DNA from: Octopus bimaculoides
Taxonomy: Eukaryota
Assembly: GCF_001194135.2 (NCBI RefSeq)
Contig: NC_068993.1
Span: 61,521,896-61,585,895, forward strand
Length of the DNA stretch: 64,000 bases
Direction: 5' to 3'
Of this stretch, positions 1-14,895 are shown piece after piece (the first letter of the stretch is position 1; every line of letters starts with the position of its first letter). The notes beneath the pieces were generated by a model that was not told the DNA's origin, did no database searches, and was given only the letters and a program-made list of their open reading frames with translations. A program made the translations under genes and the position numbers.

Positions 1-678
<678 letters not shown>

Positions 679-1242
679 GAGAAAGACTGAAAAATCTCTT
701 AAATATATCCTATTCATAACCATGTATGATACTAAATAAGAAGGAATAAACAAATCATAAAATATAGTCTTTCACCATACTTTAATAGGATAGAAGTATG
801 TGATGTACTTATACATCTGGATTGTGGGTACACTTTTTCTGTATGTTGTGTATATTCTTTCAGGTATATTATGTTGATTCTTGTTTTATCATTATTGTAT
901 TTTATCAAGAGACCAATTCTTTTGTTGGTAATGTCTTTAATTTCATCTATGACATGGTTCCTTCATGAGTTTATGGTGAAAATTAATGTTAAGTTGTCAT
1001 TGCTGTATTAAACTTTACATAAAAACAAAATTGGTGGAAACATTTTTTGAATTAATATCATCAATGTTTTTTTTTATGTCCATTGTTAATGCTGGAATGT
1101 GTTGGACCACATCATCATCATCATCATTATTGTCTGATGATTATAAAGATTGTCATCTCAAGCATTTTGTCATTTCAAGTGTAAATTCCAGAGTTCTAAT
1201 TGCAACAGTCTCTTCATATTTTTTATATTAATTTAAACTCTA

Positions 1243-1248
1243 AATAAA
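1243..1248 (+). terminator. Candidate poly(A) signal of ZF1
   Basis: AATAAA inside a 3'UTR block (..tttgaaatctaaataaaactggttt..) conserved at 16835 (ZF4), 24388 (ZF5), 37151 (ZF7), 4019-4024 (ZF2, -) and 9276-9281 (ZF3, -). Confidence 0.6.
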
Positions 1249-2293
1249 ACTGGCTTACTATGAAATTATTCGTTTTCTACTTTTTTAATAACCAAATCTT
1301 GTTTGCACATTTTCTAAACTGATTTTCACCGATTGTTCACTTTAAAGCTATTTAATATATTGACACAATTTGATAGAAGATCTGATCTGATGTTATGAGG
1401 AAGTGAATGAGATATAAATAATAGGATGATATTGTAGATGAAATGTAAAGATATTTCCTAATTAAAATATTGTAGTATAGCAACACCCATTTAAGATTGC
1501 TAATTGTATCAAGAACAAACATGATAATACAAAACCTCTATATGAGTCATTGCAATATTCAGAAGCAGAATAACTGAATTGCTGGAAATCTTATTTGTTG
1601 TTTTGGGGAATGCTGTTAAAACATCAAAACATTGATGTTTTGTACAGACAACATTTCTCATTCACTCACAGTAAAAGCATTTTTTAATATGAGTTTGAAC
1701 TTTCTAATATTTATGCTGTAAACAAAGAACCTGGATTTCATTATTTAATCATGTTAGGGAAAAAGTAAAGGTCAGATGTTTCTTACAAACCTGCTTGTTG
1801 TTGGCAACGGAATTGATGGAGACGAGGAAAGCATTATTTAAAGACTTCAGAAAAATGGACAGGATTTGGATTTTCAACAGTGAAATTACAAATATTTAAG
1901 AAGTGAGTTGGTGGAGAGTAGCAAGCATGTATTAACCACAATGTGTTTGTGCTATTTATTAACCTCTACTAAATGAAATCACTGGTTGAACTTAACACGA
2001 ATCAAACAAAATGTTGGACAAAGTGTAATACAGAAATCCACAACACTGCTCCTCCTTTCAATTTGTCATCCTCCTAATTGCTACAATCTGTTCTTGTTAT
2101 ATTCATCATCATCATCATCTTCATTCTTTAAGATTTTCCAGGCTGGAACAGGTTGGACAGTTTGGCCGAATCTGGCAAGCTATAAAACCACCTCAAGTTC
2201 CAATGTCAGCTTTGGTTTCTATGGCTGGATGGTCTTCCTAAAGCTGCAGACTGTTTAGCTTTAGAAAGGGTGCATATAATGTATGTATATATA

Positions 2294-2460
2294 TTCACAA
2301 TGTAACCTCGTGGGCATCGGTACCATTTTCCTCTTTCTCCGTTCTTCCATTCTCCGAACTTTCCATCTTTCCGACGAAGGGCTACGCCCGCAACGTCATA
2401 CACTCTTTCCTTTCCTGAGCGTCCAATAACACTATCCATATCACGTCCTCACTTTATTGT
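2294..2460 (+). mobile_element. Penelope-like element terminal fragment
   Basis: ccgacgaagggctacgcccgcaacgtca...tcctgagcgtccaataacac; same terminal motif family in reverse at 44130-44200 and 54190-54350. Confidence 0.5.
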
Positions 2461-2471
2461 TTTTTTTAACT

Positions 2472-2522
<51 letters not shown>

Positions 2523-2789
2523 ACATATGCATGGAAGGAGAGTTTTCCTGTTGTGAACACCACTGAGAGGCCAGCTATCTGAATTGACATCAAGTACGAT
2601 AGATAAAGCAAATTAAGGTTATGAAGACAGAGAAAGGTCCTCATCTTCCAGAAATTACTGCTGATGCATTTAAAATATCTGGTGGAGTGGAGCATAGCCT
2701 AGTCACCAGTATATTAAGTTGTCTAGAAAGGGCCACACCCAATGAGTAGATTAGCAGCCTTATAGTCAACTGTTACAAAGATGATGTTT

Positions 2790-3725
2790 TAGTCAAAAGT
2801 AATTACAGAGGTATCAAATTGCTGTAGGAAGTCACAAAAATTACCAAAAGGGTTTATAGCTGAACTAATTATGAAGGGAATTAACCTAGATGAGATGCAG
2901 TTTGGTTTTGAGCCAGGGAGAAGCATTACTGATGCCCTCTTTTTAGTAAGGTAACTGCAGGAGAAGCATTTGGCCAAAAATAAACCACCAAACTAGGTAC
3001 TTGTTGATATGGAGAAAGCCTTTGACTGGATCCCTTACTTTCTCATTTAATGGATGCTGTAGAATCAAAGAGAAATGAATGGCTGGTAAAAGCCATCCCA
3101 ACCATTGCCATTCTCATTGCTGACCTTCGCCTTACAAACAAGGGTACTGTCAGTAAGGTGAACATCAACAATGAATCTAGTGTGCAGGTAGGAGTCCCCT
3201 ATGGCTTGGTTCTCAGCCCCTTCTTATTTATCATAATTCTCCAGATGACAACAGAGAAGTTTAAGCCTGTGGAATCTCGTCTATGCTGATGATCTTGTTC
3301 ATATAACTATATCTACACTAGAATTACGGAAGAAATTTCAGGCATGGAAGTAAAACCTGCAATCAAAGGGCCTTAACTGTGCAAAGCCCAAAGTTCTAGT
3401 AAGCAGGGAAGCAGACAAATTACTAACTCCTTCAGGGAAACGGCCTTGCTGAAAATGTGGAAAATGGTGCAGGTAGAAATTCCATACACTAATGCTCATT
3501 GTAAGCTATAGTCACAAAAGGTGCAGTGGAATCCCAGGAAGGTTAACAGAGAAAGTAGTCTTTGTGTGTGGTAGATGTGCAGGAACTGTAAACACTAAGA
3601 ACATATAGGAAATAGATTTCCTCAAATGTTCAGGTGAATCCTTACAGGTAGTAGAGAGTTTTTGTTACCTAGGTGACTGAATTAGCACTGGTAGAGGATG
3701 CTCTGAAAGTGTAGTTGCTAGAATA
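2790..3725 (+). mobile_element. Decayed RTE-clade LINE fragment (reverse transcriptase region)
   Basis: EMQFGFEPGRSITDALFLVR*LQEK...VDMEKAFD from 2889, GVPYGLVLSPFLF, YADD at 3282-3293, then V..FCYLGD-like motif; many stops and frameshifts. Confidence 0.85.
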
Positions 3726-3737
3726 TGAACTGACTAG

Positions 3738-3790
<53 letters not shown>

Positions 3791-4018
3791 TATAAGAATG
3801 GCATCTTGTACCTCATACTTGATGTGGATATACTATCAACAGGCACAAAACTGCAGTATTTGTCTTGAAATGTAAAAGCTTCTTGTACAGACATATATAT
3901 ATATATATATATAGTGCTAATTATTTTGAGATTTTGCATGATTTATAGTTGAATATGAAGACTTGGTTAGATGTTCCAAATATAAAATAAAAGAAGAATA
4001 ATTTAAGAGTAAATCAGT

Positions 4019-4024
4019 TTTATT
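4019..4024 (-). terminator. Candidate poly(A) signal of ZF2
   Basis: TTTATT on + inside the paralog-conserved 3'UTR block. Confidence 0.55.
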
Positions 4025-4480
4025 TATATTTCAAATTATTATAAATATACACAAAGATTGGTGCAGTCAAACCTTTGGAATTTGAGATTTACAGTTGAAA
4101 TGACAAAATGCTTGAGATAATATGGTCCAACACTGACAATGGACATAAAAGCATTGATGATAATAATTCAAAGATTTCTCCAACAATTTTGCTTTTATGT
4201 AAAGTTTAATACTACAATGACACTTGCAAATGAACATTAAATTTTTCCATAGTCATGAAGGAACCATACCATAGATAAAATCATATATATTACCAATAAC
4301 TGAATTAGTCCCTTGATGGAATAAATAGAAGAATATACTTAATATACATGTAAAAGATATAAGCTTTTAGTGAGAATGATAACCACAAACATCTTCCATG
4401 TGGTTCATCGTATGTAAAAATACATATGTGGTTAGTTTTAAATCATCATGCTGAAAGAATGATTTATCACAGATATTTCA

Positions 4481-4588
<108 letters not shown>

Positions 4589-4591
4589 TTA

Positions 4592-5435
<844 letters not shown>

Positions 5436-6117
5436 TTCTTAACAATGAAATCTATCAGTATTTCAACTCACAATATATGAATATGCTTGTTGTTTTCTTT
5501 TCTATAATTTATTTCAAACAAATATTCCTTCAACTATATGTCCATCAACTGTACTGCAAAGTCCTTTATAAATGTAGCTAAGTCCATTTAGAATGCAAAA
5601 TTATTTTGTATTTCCAGACATGGATTATAAAAGTGTTGCTAATAATCTCACTCAGACGAAACCTTTCACCATAATTCACCAGATTTTAGATAAACATGGT
5701 CGTATTTGTTCCATATAACATTTTCCCTTTGTCTCTAAAAGATGATAAATATTGATGATGCTTCTGATGTAAAAAAATGATTTTCTATACCAGTGTCACA
5801 TAGTATTCTGAAATAATAAAGAAAACATTATAAGACAGAGAGGATATTTAAACAGAGTAGAATCCACAGCAGAAATTTAATTAATTTTCTATACTGAGAA
5901 ATTGTAAAAGTAAACCTTTATCTGGATTTATTCAGTGTATTTGAACATTTTAACGTGTATATTTATATTATCAAAGTATAATAAATCTCTACAAAAATGT
6001 ATTGAGCAATCCTGCAGTTTAGGCTAAATTGTTTTTGTAACTTGACATAAAAGCAGACATAACTGCATAAACAAGTGCCATTCCCTTAATTGTTGCATAA
6101 AGAAGTTTCAATCTCTC

Positions 6118-6465
6118 ATGGCGCTCCGTCAGTTACGACGACGAGGGTTCCAGTTGATCCAATCAACAGAACAGCCTGCTTGTGAAATTAACGTGCAAGT
6201 GGCTGAGCACTCCACAGATATGTGAACCCTTAACGTAGTTCTCGGAGATATTCAGCGTGACACCGAGTGTGACAAGGCTGGCCCCTTTGAAATACAGGTA
6301 CAACAGAAACAGGAAGAAAGAGTGAGAGAAAGTTGTAGTGAAAGAGTACAGCAGGGTTCACCCCCCTCCTCTTGCTGGAGCCTCGTAGAGCTGTAGGTGT
6401 TTTCGCTCAATAAACACAACGTCCAGTCTGGGAATCAAAACCATGAGTCTACTGCCCTAACCACA
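6118..6465 (-). mobile_element. tRNA-derived SINE family C
   Basis: Reverse complement of the head at 8834 plus the tail at 45058-45340 (…gctgaatatccccgagaactacgttaagggt…ggaaccctcgtcgtcgtaac). Confidence 0.82.
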
Positions 6466-7762
6466 TTAAATGTATTCGGGTGCGTGGGGAGGGGGTAGAT
6501 ATCGAGGAACATTAATACATGTCTCAGTAACAAAGAAACGAGGAAGGTATCAGGTGACTGTGAGATATGCTAAAAATAACAGCTAAATCGCTCTTAAATT
6601 AGTCACACATTTTGCTTTTTTTTTTTTGCATAATCATACGAATACCTGAGTGTAGAACAGAAATTCGCAAATATTTTCTGAAAATTTCCCAAAATAAAGA
6701 AGTTGTGAGAGGTTACATGGGTGCTTAAATCAGAATTCTGTCACAAATTTTCCCGAGGGTAGGGAGAGGAGTTTCAGAAAATTCATAAATATAAATGTAC
6801 ATGTGAGTGTGTTTGACAGCCAATGTTGGTTTGTTTATGTCTCCGTAACTTGGTGAGTTCGCCTAAAGAAACCGATTAAATACCAGGTTTTAAAAAAACA
6901 AAAAAACGTAGTAAATATGGTTTCGGTTTTATCATTAATGGTGACCTTACACAATTTAATAACATTTACTTTTTCTGTAGAATTGGGAAAAGGTTGAGAG
7001 GAAAACTTCCCAAACAAATGGTCATGGGTTCAGTTCCACAGCATCGCCTGAAGTCCAATAAATGAAACAAAAATCTAATGGCGAAAGTGCGAGAGAAAAA
7101 TTCATTCGTAGTGGTTGGAACGAAAGATATTTTCAAAAATGCGACTTCGAAGAAATAATTTTTCAAGAATGGAATGGTAATTTCAGGACGAAGGGAAGAA
7201 AGGATTTGTCAAAATCACGGGTTATTAAATGCAAATTACAAGGGTTTCACAAAAAGTAACGAAAAGAAATCGTGAAAAGCAGGATGAATAGTGGGGAGTG
7301 CGCTTTTGTTTTTTGCTTTCTAAATGCGAATTACAAATTATTCTGAATGTGGAATATACTAGAATGAAGAATAATTATTTAAAAAAAAAATTCATGTGAA
7401 TCGTGACAGCGATTCCGAAGGCACAAAAGAGAGGAAGAGAGAAAGAAAGAGAGAGATATTTCAAAAACAAGCGAAGATACATAAGAGACTTTAAAAAAAA
7501 AAAAGCAATTTACATGTTTTGCATTATGCGATTCTATAAAATACCGAAATATGCCAAAGAAGAAGAAATAAACCTCCAAGAAAGTCCATTTTATTGGTGA
7601 TAGCTATTCCGAAAGCTCATTTTGACAAAGGAAATTACGATTCTGATCCAAAATTTCGGCGGATTATCGTAAAATATTAAATTGAGGGAAGGGAAGAGAA
7701 CCGCCCCTCCCCAATTCTTTGTCCTTTTCTTTTATATAAATTTGAACACTATAAATACTCAC

Positions 7763-7870
7763 TCCTCGTTTTATCTTTGAATCTCTTTGATAAATTCAAT
7801 TAACACGAGAGAAAGTTCTCCCTCACCGGAAATGGTTATGGTAGATGCTGGGCGGAAGTAATAAAATCTG
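7763..7870 (-). other. Putative non-coding first exon of ZF2 (donor GTGAGT at 7762-7757; acceptor CAG before 5807)
   Basis: Reverse complement aligns with 32570-32660 (gaact...tgttaat.gaatttatc...gtgagtatt). The start is approximate. Confidence 0.6.
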
Positions 7871-8116
7871 GATAAACATTTATTATCATAAATACTAGCA
7901 TATCCGTGTCGTCAAAAATACCGACAGTTTTATTAATGATATAAAGTGGTTCATCAACGCAATGGAAGAAACCATTGCTATATGTTAGCTATGTAGTAAA
8001 TATACGAGATATTTTCTTTTTTGGTTGTCAGCGTCCATTTTCGGTTCGAATTGATTTCATATTCAGTGTAATAATACACTTTTATAGGCTAATTAACGAG
8101 GTGAAAGTAATTTTCT

Positions 8117-8632
8117 TTTACTTGCTTCAGTCAGTTGATTGCGGCCATGCTGGAGCACCACCTTTTGTCGAGAAAATCGACCCAGGACTCATTCTTTGTA
8201 AGCCTAGTACTTATTCTATCAGTCTCTTTTGCCGAACCGCTAAGTTACGGGGATGTAAACACACCAGCATCGGTTGTCAAGCGAAATTGNNNNNNNNNNN
8301 NNNNNNNNNNNNNNNNNNNNNNNNNNNNNNNNNNNNNNNNNNNNNNNNNNNNNNNNNNNNNNNNNNNNNNNNNNNNNNNNNNNNNNNNNNNNNNNNNNNN
8401 NNNNNNNNNNNNNNNNNNNNNNNNNNNNNNNNNNNNNNNNGGGGGGGGGGGAGACAAACACATATATATATATACGACGGGCTTCTTTCAGTTTCCGTCT
8501 ACCAAATCCATTCACAAGGCTTTGGTCGGCCTGAGGCTATAGTAGAAGACACTTGCCCAATGTGCCACGCAGTGGGACTGAACCCGGAACTATGTGGTTG
8601 GTAAGCAAGCTACTTACCACACAGCCACTCCT
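8117..8632 (-). mobile_element. tRNA-derived SINE family A, full length (spans a gap)
   Basis: Reverse complement of the element at 43346-43780 (GGAGTGGCTGTGTGGTAAG head, GGTTCAGTCCC B-box-like motif, central microsatellite, 3' module). Confidence 0.85.
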
Positions 8633-8833
8633 AGCTATTATCTTAGTCAATCGTAAGCCACAGACACATACATAGCTGTTTCGATAGAAAGAAGCAGATA
8701 TGAGAAGTCTTTTGCCTCTCAAAGTGCCTGTTACGCTAGCAACACGTGAATCCTAGCAGTCTTTGAAAAGTCTTTTATCTGCGAGGAAGCACGTGTTGAC
8801 AAATTTGACGCTCTGTTCTGTGTGATTATGGCA

Positions 8834-9094
8834 GTGGAGGTGCAATGGCCCAGTGGTTAGGGCAGCGGACTCGCGGTTTCGATTCCCAGACCGGGCATTG
8901 TGAGTGTTTATTGAGCGAAAATACCTAAAGCTCCACGAGGCTCCGGCAGGGGATGGTGGCGAACCCTGCTGTACTCTTCCACCACAACTTTCTCTCACTC
9001 TTTCTTCCTGTTTCTATTGTGCCAGTAATTCAAAGGGTCAGCCTTGTCACACCGTGTCACGCTGAATATCCCTGAGAATTACGTTAAGGGTACA
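8834..9094 (+). mobile_element. SINE family C, 3'-truncated
   Basis: gtggaggtgcaatggcccagtggttagg (A box) ... gtttcgattccc (B box). Confidence 0.82.
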
Positions 9095-9275
9095 ATAATG
9101 ATGAAATCACATTGTAACGTTACCTGAGAATGGGAAATATATTGTTTTTAGACAGCTTCTGACTTGTCTCCCATCAACCAACTCACTATATCACATCTCA
9201 ATTGAAATCAATACAAGACCTGGTTAGATGTTCCAAATACAAAATAGGAGAAAAATAATTGAAGAGTAGACCAGT

Positions 9276-9281
9276 TTTATT
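9276..9281 (-). terminator. Candidate poly(A) signal of ZF3
   Basis: TTTATT on + inside the paralog-conserved 3'UTR block. Confidence 0.55.
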
Positions 9282-9564
9282 TAGATTCCAAACTGTTATG
9301 AATATTCACTAAGGCTGGTGCAGTCAGAATTCTGGAATTTGAAATCTACAGTTAAAATGATGAAATGTCTGAGAAACATTGACAACGGACACAAGAATAT
9401 TGATGATGATGATAATTAAAATATGACTCCACATACTTTGTATTATGTAAATTTTAATACCACAATGACACTTGCAAAATAATATAGCCATGACTTTTCC
9501 CATATGAATACATTAGTTAATAGATTACTGTAAGACAACAATCTACTTCAATGATCACAAATGA

Positions 9565-10512
9565 TTACTCTTTAGCATGAATACGTTTGTGTACAGTTAC
9601 TGCAGTACGTTGAGTGAATGCTTTACCACAGATATCACAATGATATGGTTTTTCTCCAGTATGAATACGTTTATGTCCCTTTAAATCATAACTCCGAATA
9701 AATGCTTTACCACAGATATCACAATGAAATGGCTTTTCTCCAGTATGAATACGTTTATGATCAGTCAAAGAATTACTTCGAGGGAATGATTTTCCACAGA
9801 TATCACAATGGTATGGTTTTTCTCCAGTATGAATGCGTTTATGTCCCTTTAAGATACTACTTTGAACAAATGCTTTACCACAGATATCACAAGGAAATGG
9901 CTTTTCTCCAGTGTGAATGCGTTTGTGTCCTGTCAAGGCACTATTTTCATGGAATGTTTTGCCACAGATGTCACACCGATAAGGTTTCTCTCCTGTATGA
10001 ATGTGTTTGTGTACAGTTAATTCATCATTTCGAGAGAATGATTTGTCACAAATATTACAGTCATAGGGCTTTTCTCCTGTATGTATACGTTTGTGTTTAA
10101 TTAGCTGATTGCTTTGATTGAACGACTTACCACAGAAGTCACATTGAAATGGTTTTTCTCCAGTATGAATGCGTTTGTGGTCAGTCAGGTTAGTACTATT
10201 GGGGAATGATTTACTGCACATATCACATTGATATGGTTTCTCTCCTGTGTGAATGCGGATGTGATTAGTTAAAATATCTTTACGAACGAATGACTGACCA
10301 CAGATATCACACTGATATGGTTTCTCTCCTGTATGAAGACGTTTATGAATAGTTAACTCACTATTTCGAGAGAATGATCTACCACAGATATCACAGTGAT
10401 ATGGTTTCTCTCCTGTATGAATACGAATGTGAATAGTAAGATAACCTTTTGTAGTGAATGACTTTTTACAAGTATCACACTCGTATGAAGACTTTGCCAA
10501 CTTTTTTGCCAT
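9565..10512 (-). CDS. ZF3: C2H2 zinc-finger protein (11 fingers)
   Basis: ORF with TGEKP linkers. The ATG at 10512 ([12 protein letters not shown]) is chosen by homology to the paralogous starts; the ORF-track start at 10536 is a non-ATG codon. Confidence 0.93.
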   Translation of the reverse strand: MAKKLAKSSYECDTCKKSFTTKGYLTIHIRIHTGEKPYHCDICGRSFSRNSELTIHKRLHTGEKPYQCDICGQSFVRKDILTNHIRIHTGEKPYQCDMCSKSFPNSTNLTDHKRIHTGEKPFQCDFCGKSFNQSNQLIKHKRIHTGEKPYDCNICDKSFSRNDELTVHKHIHTGEKPYRCDICGKTFHENSALTGHKRIHTGEKPFPCDICGKAFVQSSILKGHKRIHTGEKPYHCDICGKSFPRSNSLTDHKRIHTGEKPFHCDICGKAFIRSYDLKGHKRIHTGEKPYHCDICGKAFTQRTAVTVHKRIHAKE

Positions 10513-10817
10513 TTCTTTAGAATAAGAATAAGTCATTTAACTCATTTAAACAATTTTTCTTCTTTCACTGAAGTATATATGTTTATTTTCCTTTTTATAT
10601 TTCTAACAAATACACCTGTTATGTGTCCATCAACTGTGATCTATGCTGCAAAGTCGTTTATCTACAAGGCAAAATTATCTCTCATTTATTCTAGACATTG
10701 ACATACACAAATATTGCTAAAAGTCTCACTCAGCAAAAACATTTCATCATAATTCATCAGTTTTATATAAACATGGTTACAATTGTTCTGCATAACATCT
10801 TCCTTTGTCTTTAGAAG

Positions 10818-10990
10818 ATCATCATCATCATCATCATCATCGTTTAACGTCCGCTTTCCATGCTAGCATGGGTTGGACGATTTGACTGAGGACTGGTGAA
10901 ACCGGATGGCAACACCAGGCTCCAGTCTGATTTGGCAGAGTTTCTACAGCTGGATGCCCTTCCTAACGCCAACCACTCAGAGAGTGTAGA
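10818..10990 (-). mobile_element. RTE-type 3' tail with (GAT)n, inserted in the ZF3 leader exon
   Basis: (CAT)n-gtttaacgtccgctttccatgctagcatggg... interrupts sequence that is continuous in ZF2 (5730-5770). Confidence 0.75.
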
Positions 10991-12544
10991 CCACTCGCCT
11001 CTGATGTAAAAAAAAAAAACAACTTTGTACCAGTTTGAGCCAGGATCCTGAAATAAGGAAAAGAGTGTAAGATATAAAGAATACTTACACAGCAGAAATT
11101 TTTATTTTGTTTCAATATCGATAAATTGTATACATGAATCTTGAATAGAACAACTGAATTCCTGAAGTGTATCTATATATTTACATTCTGTTATAACAAT
11201 TAATCAGACACTCCGTTGGTGATCAAAAGAGCAGCCTGCTTATGAAATTCATGTGAAAATGGTTGAGCACAGAATAAAACAATAATTAAAGGAATCCATA
11301 GATGAAAAAATGGTTGCGAACCCGCTTTAGAATGACGAAAAATAACGGGAAAGAAAGCAAGAATTATGTTAATCCGAAGGCTCAATAGGAAGGAAAAGAG
11401 GGGCAGAAACATTAAAAAAAAAAAAAAANNNNNNNNNNNNNNNNNNNNNNNNNNNNNNNNNNNNNNNNNNNNNNNNNNNNNNNNNNNNNNNNNNNNNNNN
11501 NNNNNNNNNNNNNNNNNNNNNNNNNNNNCTCCGTACCTCAAGGGTATGCCCTGGCACTTCGTCACTATCTCGCTCTTTTACTTGACCATCCCATTTGTAT
11601 TCCGATCCCCGCTTTTGTGAGTATGCCCTGGCACTTCGTCACTGTCTCTCTCCTTCTCCTCCCTCAGGCTGGGCAACCACGTGTGCCCTTCACAACAGCA
11701 CATCCGTTTCCGTCCTCATTCTTAATCACTCTCCCTTTGACCAGGTAACCATGTACTTCCTCTACAGCAAGACACCTATTTCTGCCTCTCTGTCTCCTTT
11801 CATCATTTGATATAAGATCACCTCCTCCAATATACCCTCCCCTCTCAAATAAAATTTCTCTTGCAAGTTACTTGGTGGCCCTGTCAGTGCAGGTGCCACT
11901 TGAAATGCATCCACTCCACTCTGTAAAGTGGTTGGCATTTGGAAGGGCATCTAGCTGTAAAAACCATGCCAAAACAAATAAACAGACCAAAATATCAGTC
12001 TGTTTATACAAACTTACCAAAAATTGCTTATATGTCGGCGGTCATTATATCTCCTTTCCCAACATACATAGACCACAACTGATATGAGTATTACATTATT
12101 TTATGACTTGTGCCCTTCACGAAACATTTTCTTTCTAATTATCTAAAACATTTTTCTAGAAATTTAGCCACCTGTCAGCTTTATGCCATGAATGGATGAC
12201 AACAAAACCAAAGATGTGGTGTGTCCCACTGACGGTCGATTGTGGTTAAATAACACATCATAGCCAGAAATACAAAACAACTATTCAGCTGATAAGACGT
12301 GGACGACCTGCTTGAAATAGCAGCCTAATTTCCCTCAAAGGCAGAAGTGTCGAACATGTCTCCTTCGCATTTCGATGTTACGATAACAGACACCATCTAC
12401 CGCGAACTTTTCTTTCCTGCCTCTTAGCTATGCTGCATTAATTTTTTTCCGTCCGTTACTCAGCGCCAATTTGGAATCGAGCTGTTCTCGAATTCCTACG
12501 AAACTATGGTCAACAATAAATCTTAAATTGTGTCTATATATTCT

Positions 12545-12655
12545 TTTATATTTTCGATTATAAACGTATTTCTTGGTTATTTCCAACCACGACCACTTCT
12601 AGTAAAGAACTTTCAAGTTGATCGACTCAACCAGCGAAATATAAAGGAAAAAGAA
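12545..12655 (+). other. Putative non-coding first exon of ZF4 (donor GTAAGT at 12656; acceptor CAG 15170-15172)
   Basis: Block ccaaccacgacca...gaactttcaagttgatcgactc...agcgaaatata...aagaa|gtaagtattta, repeated upstream of ZF5, ZF6 and ZF7. Confidence 0.65.
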
Positions 12656-14518
12656 GTAAGTATTTATAGTATTTAAATTATTTCGAAGTCAGAGTTTCGG
12701 AATAACTCATTGTCTGATGGTGGTGTAGGAGATGAAAATGTCAAAGAATTGGCGAGTTTATTTCCCCCTCTTTCATTTTTTTTAATGCTTCATACAACAG
12801 AAGTTACGATTCAGAAAGGATTTGTTTTCTTAAAATTTAAATATTTTATATTTTAACCCTCTCCCCAATTCGTGAGCCTTTTTCCTTCCCCAGGAAATGC
12901 TGATTGCTGTTTTGAAACTTTCGGTTTGGCTGTCCNNNNNNNNNNNNNNNNNNNNNNNNNNNNNNNNNNNNNNNNNNNNNNNNNNNNNNNNNNNNNNNNN
13001 NNNNNNNNNNNNNNNNNNNNNNNNNNNNNNNNNNNNNNNNNNNNNNNNNNNNNNNNNNNNNNNNNNNNNNNNNNNNNNNNNNNNNNNNNNNNNNNNNNNN
13101 NNNNNNNNNNNNNNNNNNNNNNNNNNNNNNNNNNNNNNNNNNNNNNNNNNNNNNNNNNNNNNNNNNNNNNNNNNNNNNNNNNNNNNNNNNNNNNNNNNNN
13201 NNNNNNNNNNNNNNNNNNNNNNNNNNNNNNNNNNNNNNNNNNNNNNNNNNNNNNNNNNNNNNNNNNNNNNNNNNNNNNNNNNNNNNNNNNNNNNNNNNNN
13301 NNNNNNNNNNNNNNNNNNNNNNNNNNNNNNNNNNNNNNNNNNNNNNNNNNNNNNNNNNNNNNNNNNNNNNNNNNNNNNNNNNNNNNNNNNNNNNNNNNNN
13401 NNNNNNNNNNNNNNNNNNNNNNNNNNNNNNNNNNNNNNNNNNNNNNNNNNNNNNNNNNNNNNNNNNNNNNNNNNNNNNNNNNNNNNNNNNNNNNNNNNNN
13501 NNNNNNNNNNNNNNNNNNNNNNNNNNNNNNNNNNNNNNNNNNNNNNNNNNNNNNNNNNNNNNNNNNNNNNNNNNNNNNNNNNNNNNNNNNNNATACATAC
13601 GTGTTATATTTCAATAAAAGTTTCGAACTGAAAAAAAAAAAAATGATTTTGTTTGTAATTTTGTCAGTGCAAATCAGCTGTTAACATGCCGTACAGACAA
13701 AACTTTTTATAACCTGGCAAAAGTATGTGAAAAGAAATCTTTATTCTTGAACGTTATGACGGTGTGTGTGGGGAGTGGAAGGAGAATTAAAAAAGGGAAA
13801 GGACTATTACAAGTGTTTCAGAATGTAGAAATGACAAAAAATAAACGAAAAAGAAAACTAATTTTAGTGGTGGCTGCTATTCCACAAGTACAGAAAAAGG
13901 AGGAGGGCAAAAGTTTTAAAAAAGCCCACAGATTAAAACCTTTTTATTAAAAGGCTCCACCAGTGTTTCAAAGGTGTGGTGTGAACCAAGAAGTTTGGAA
14001 CTATCCAAACTAAAACAGAAATTCCAAATTATTTGGAGACAGCGTTTCCGAAAGTCGGCCAATGTCTTTTTTTTTTTTCACGTCATTTCTTTGTATTTGA
14101 TATTCCAAAACACTTGCTATATACATTGAAAAATAAAATTTCAACCTCCTCTTTCATCGTACCGAAAGGTTTCCAGTCGTATGTTCTTAGCTTAAATCGT
14201 TAGTAGTCTTATGTGTGCATGCATTTGAATTTGATCTTCCCACCCAGAACAGTTCTTGGTGAATAGTCCTTGCTGCATTTTTGTTGTTGTCAGTATTGTT
14301 ATGTTTATCATTGTCTGTATGACAGCTAAACCTTTCTTTTATTGCACTCAAAGTTTTTTCGAATTTTAAACATCTGTAACGTTTTCTTCAAATTTTTTCT
14401 CCACAAGATCATGGATTCACTGCAATAAGAGTGGAAAACTACATCAATATAACCAATTTTCAGATTTTTTACTTCTGTTTAAAAAATGCAGATTCTGTGA
14501 ATCAATTTAACTAGATCC

Positions 14519-14895
14519 TCAAAATCTATACTGCTCAGTTATTTGAGCAAGTAAATGTTCAAACTATATTGGAGTACCTCCTCTGCTGCATGAATTCAGT
14601 TAAATATGTAGGGAACAAGCCTGAGGAGGTACTGTAAATATGATTGTATCTGTATTTGGTTTGAACCCATATTCCTTCCATGTGATTTGTGTGGACACCT
14701 GTGGTTTCAATTACAAATGACATGAAATGGTTTATAGTGAAGTACAAGAATCCATGACTTGGTAAGTTCTGATATACTGTTCATTCATCAATAAATATAC
14801 ATCCTGGGTGGACATGCTGGAGTTTCATTGTTTTGCAGGGGTGCAGTTGATTGGCTATATGGATAAGAAACACTTTTCGTGAATGTTTAATTCAT
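14519..14895 (-). mobile_element. Merlin (IS1595/ISXO2-like) transposase remnant, C-terminal part, in ZF4 intron 1
   Basis: ...[27 protein letters not shown]...[10 protein letters not shown]; typical NH..FV...TG.HTN..E..W and YL.EF motifs. Confidence 0.8.

Noticed and set aside
8834-8895. tRNA-like sequences (also 26325, 43346, 46506)
   Set aside because: These are SINE heads without a complete cloverleaf; not called as tRNA genes.
11538-11650. ~27-bp direct repeat (gtatgccctggcacttcgtcact) as a CRISPR-like array
   Set aside because: Only two units, next to a gap, in a eukaryotic repeat context with no cas genes.
12846-13684. Long ORFs spanning N runs (also near 8.3, 11.4, 22.1, 27.9, 49.4, 54.4 and 60.3 kb)
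   Set aside because: Open only because N codons are not stops.
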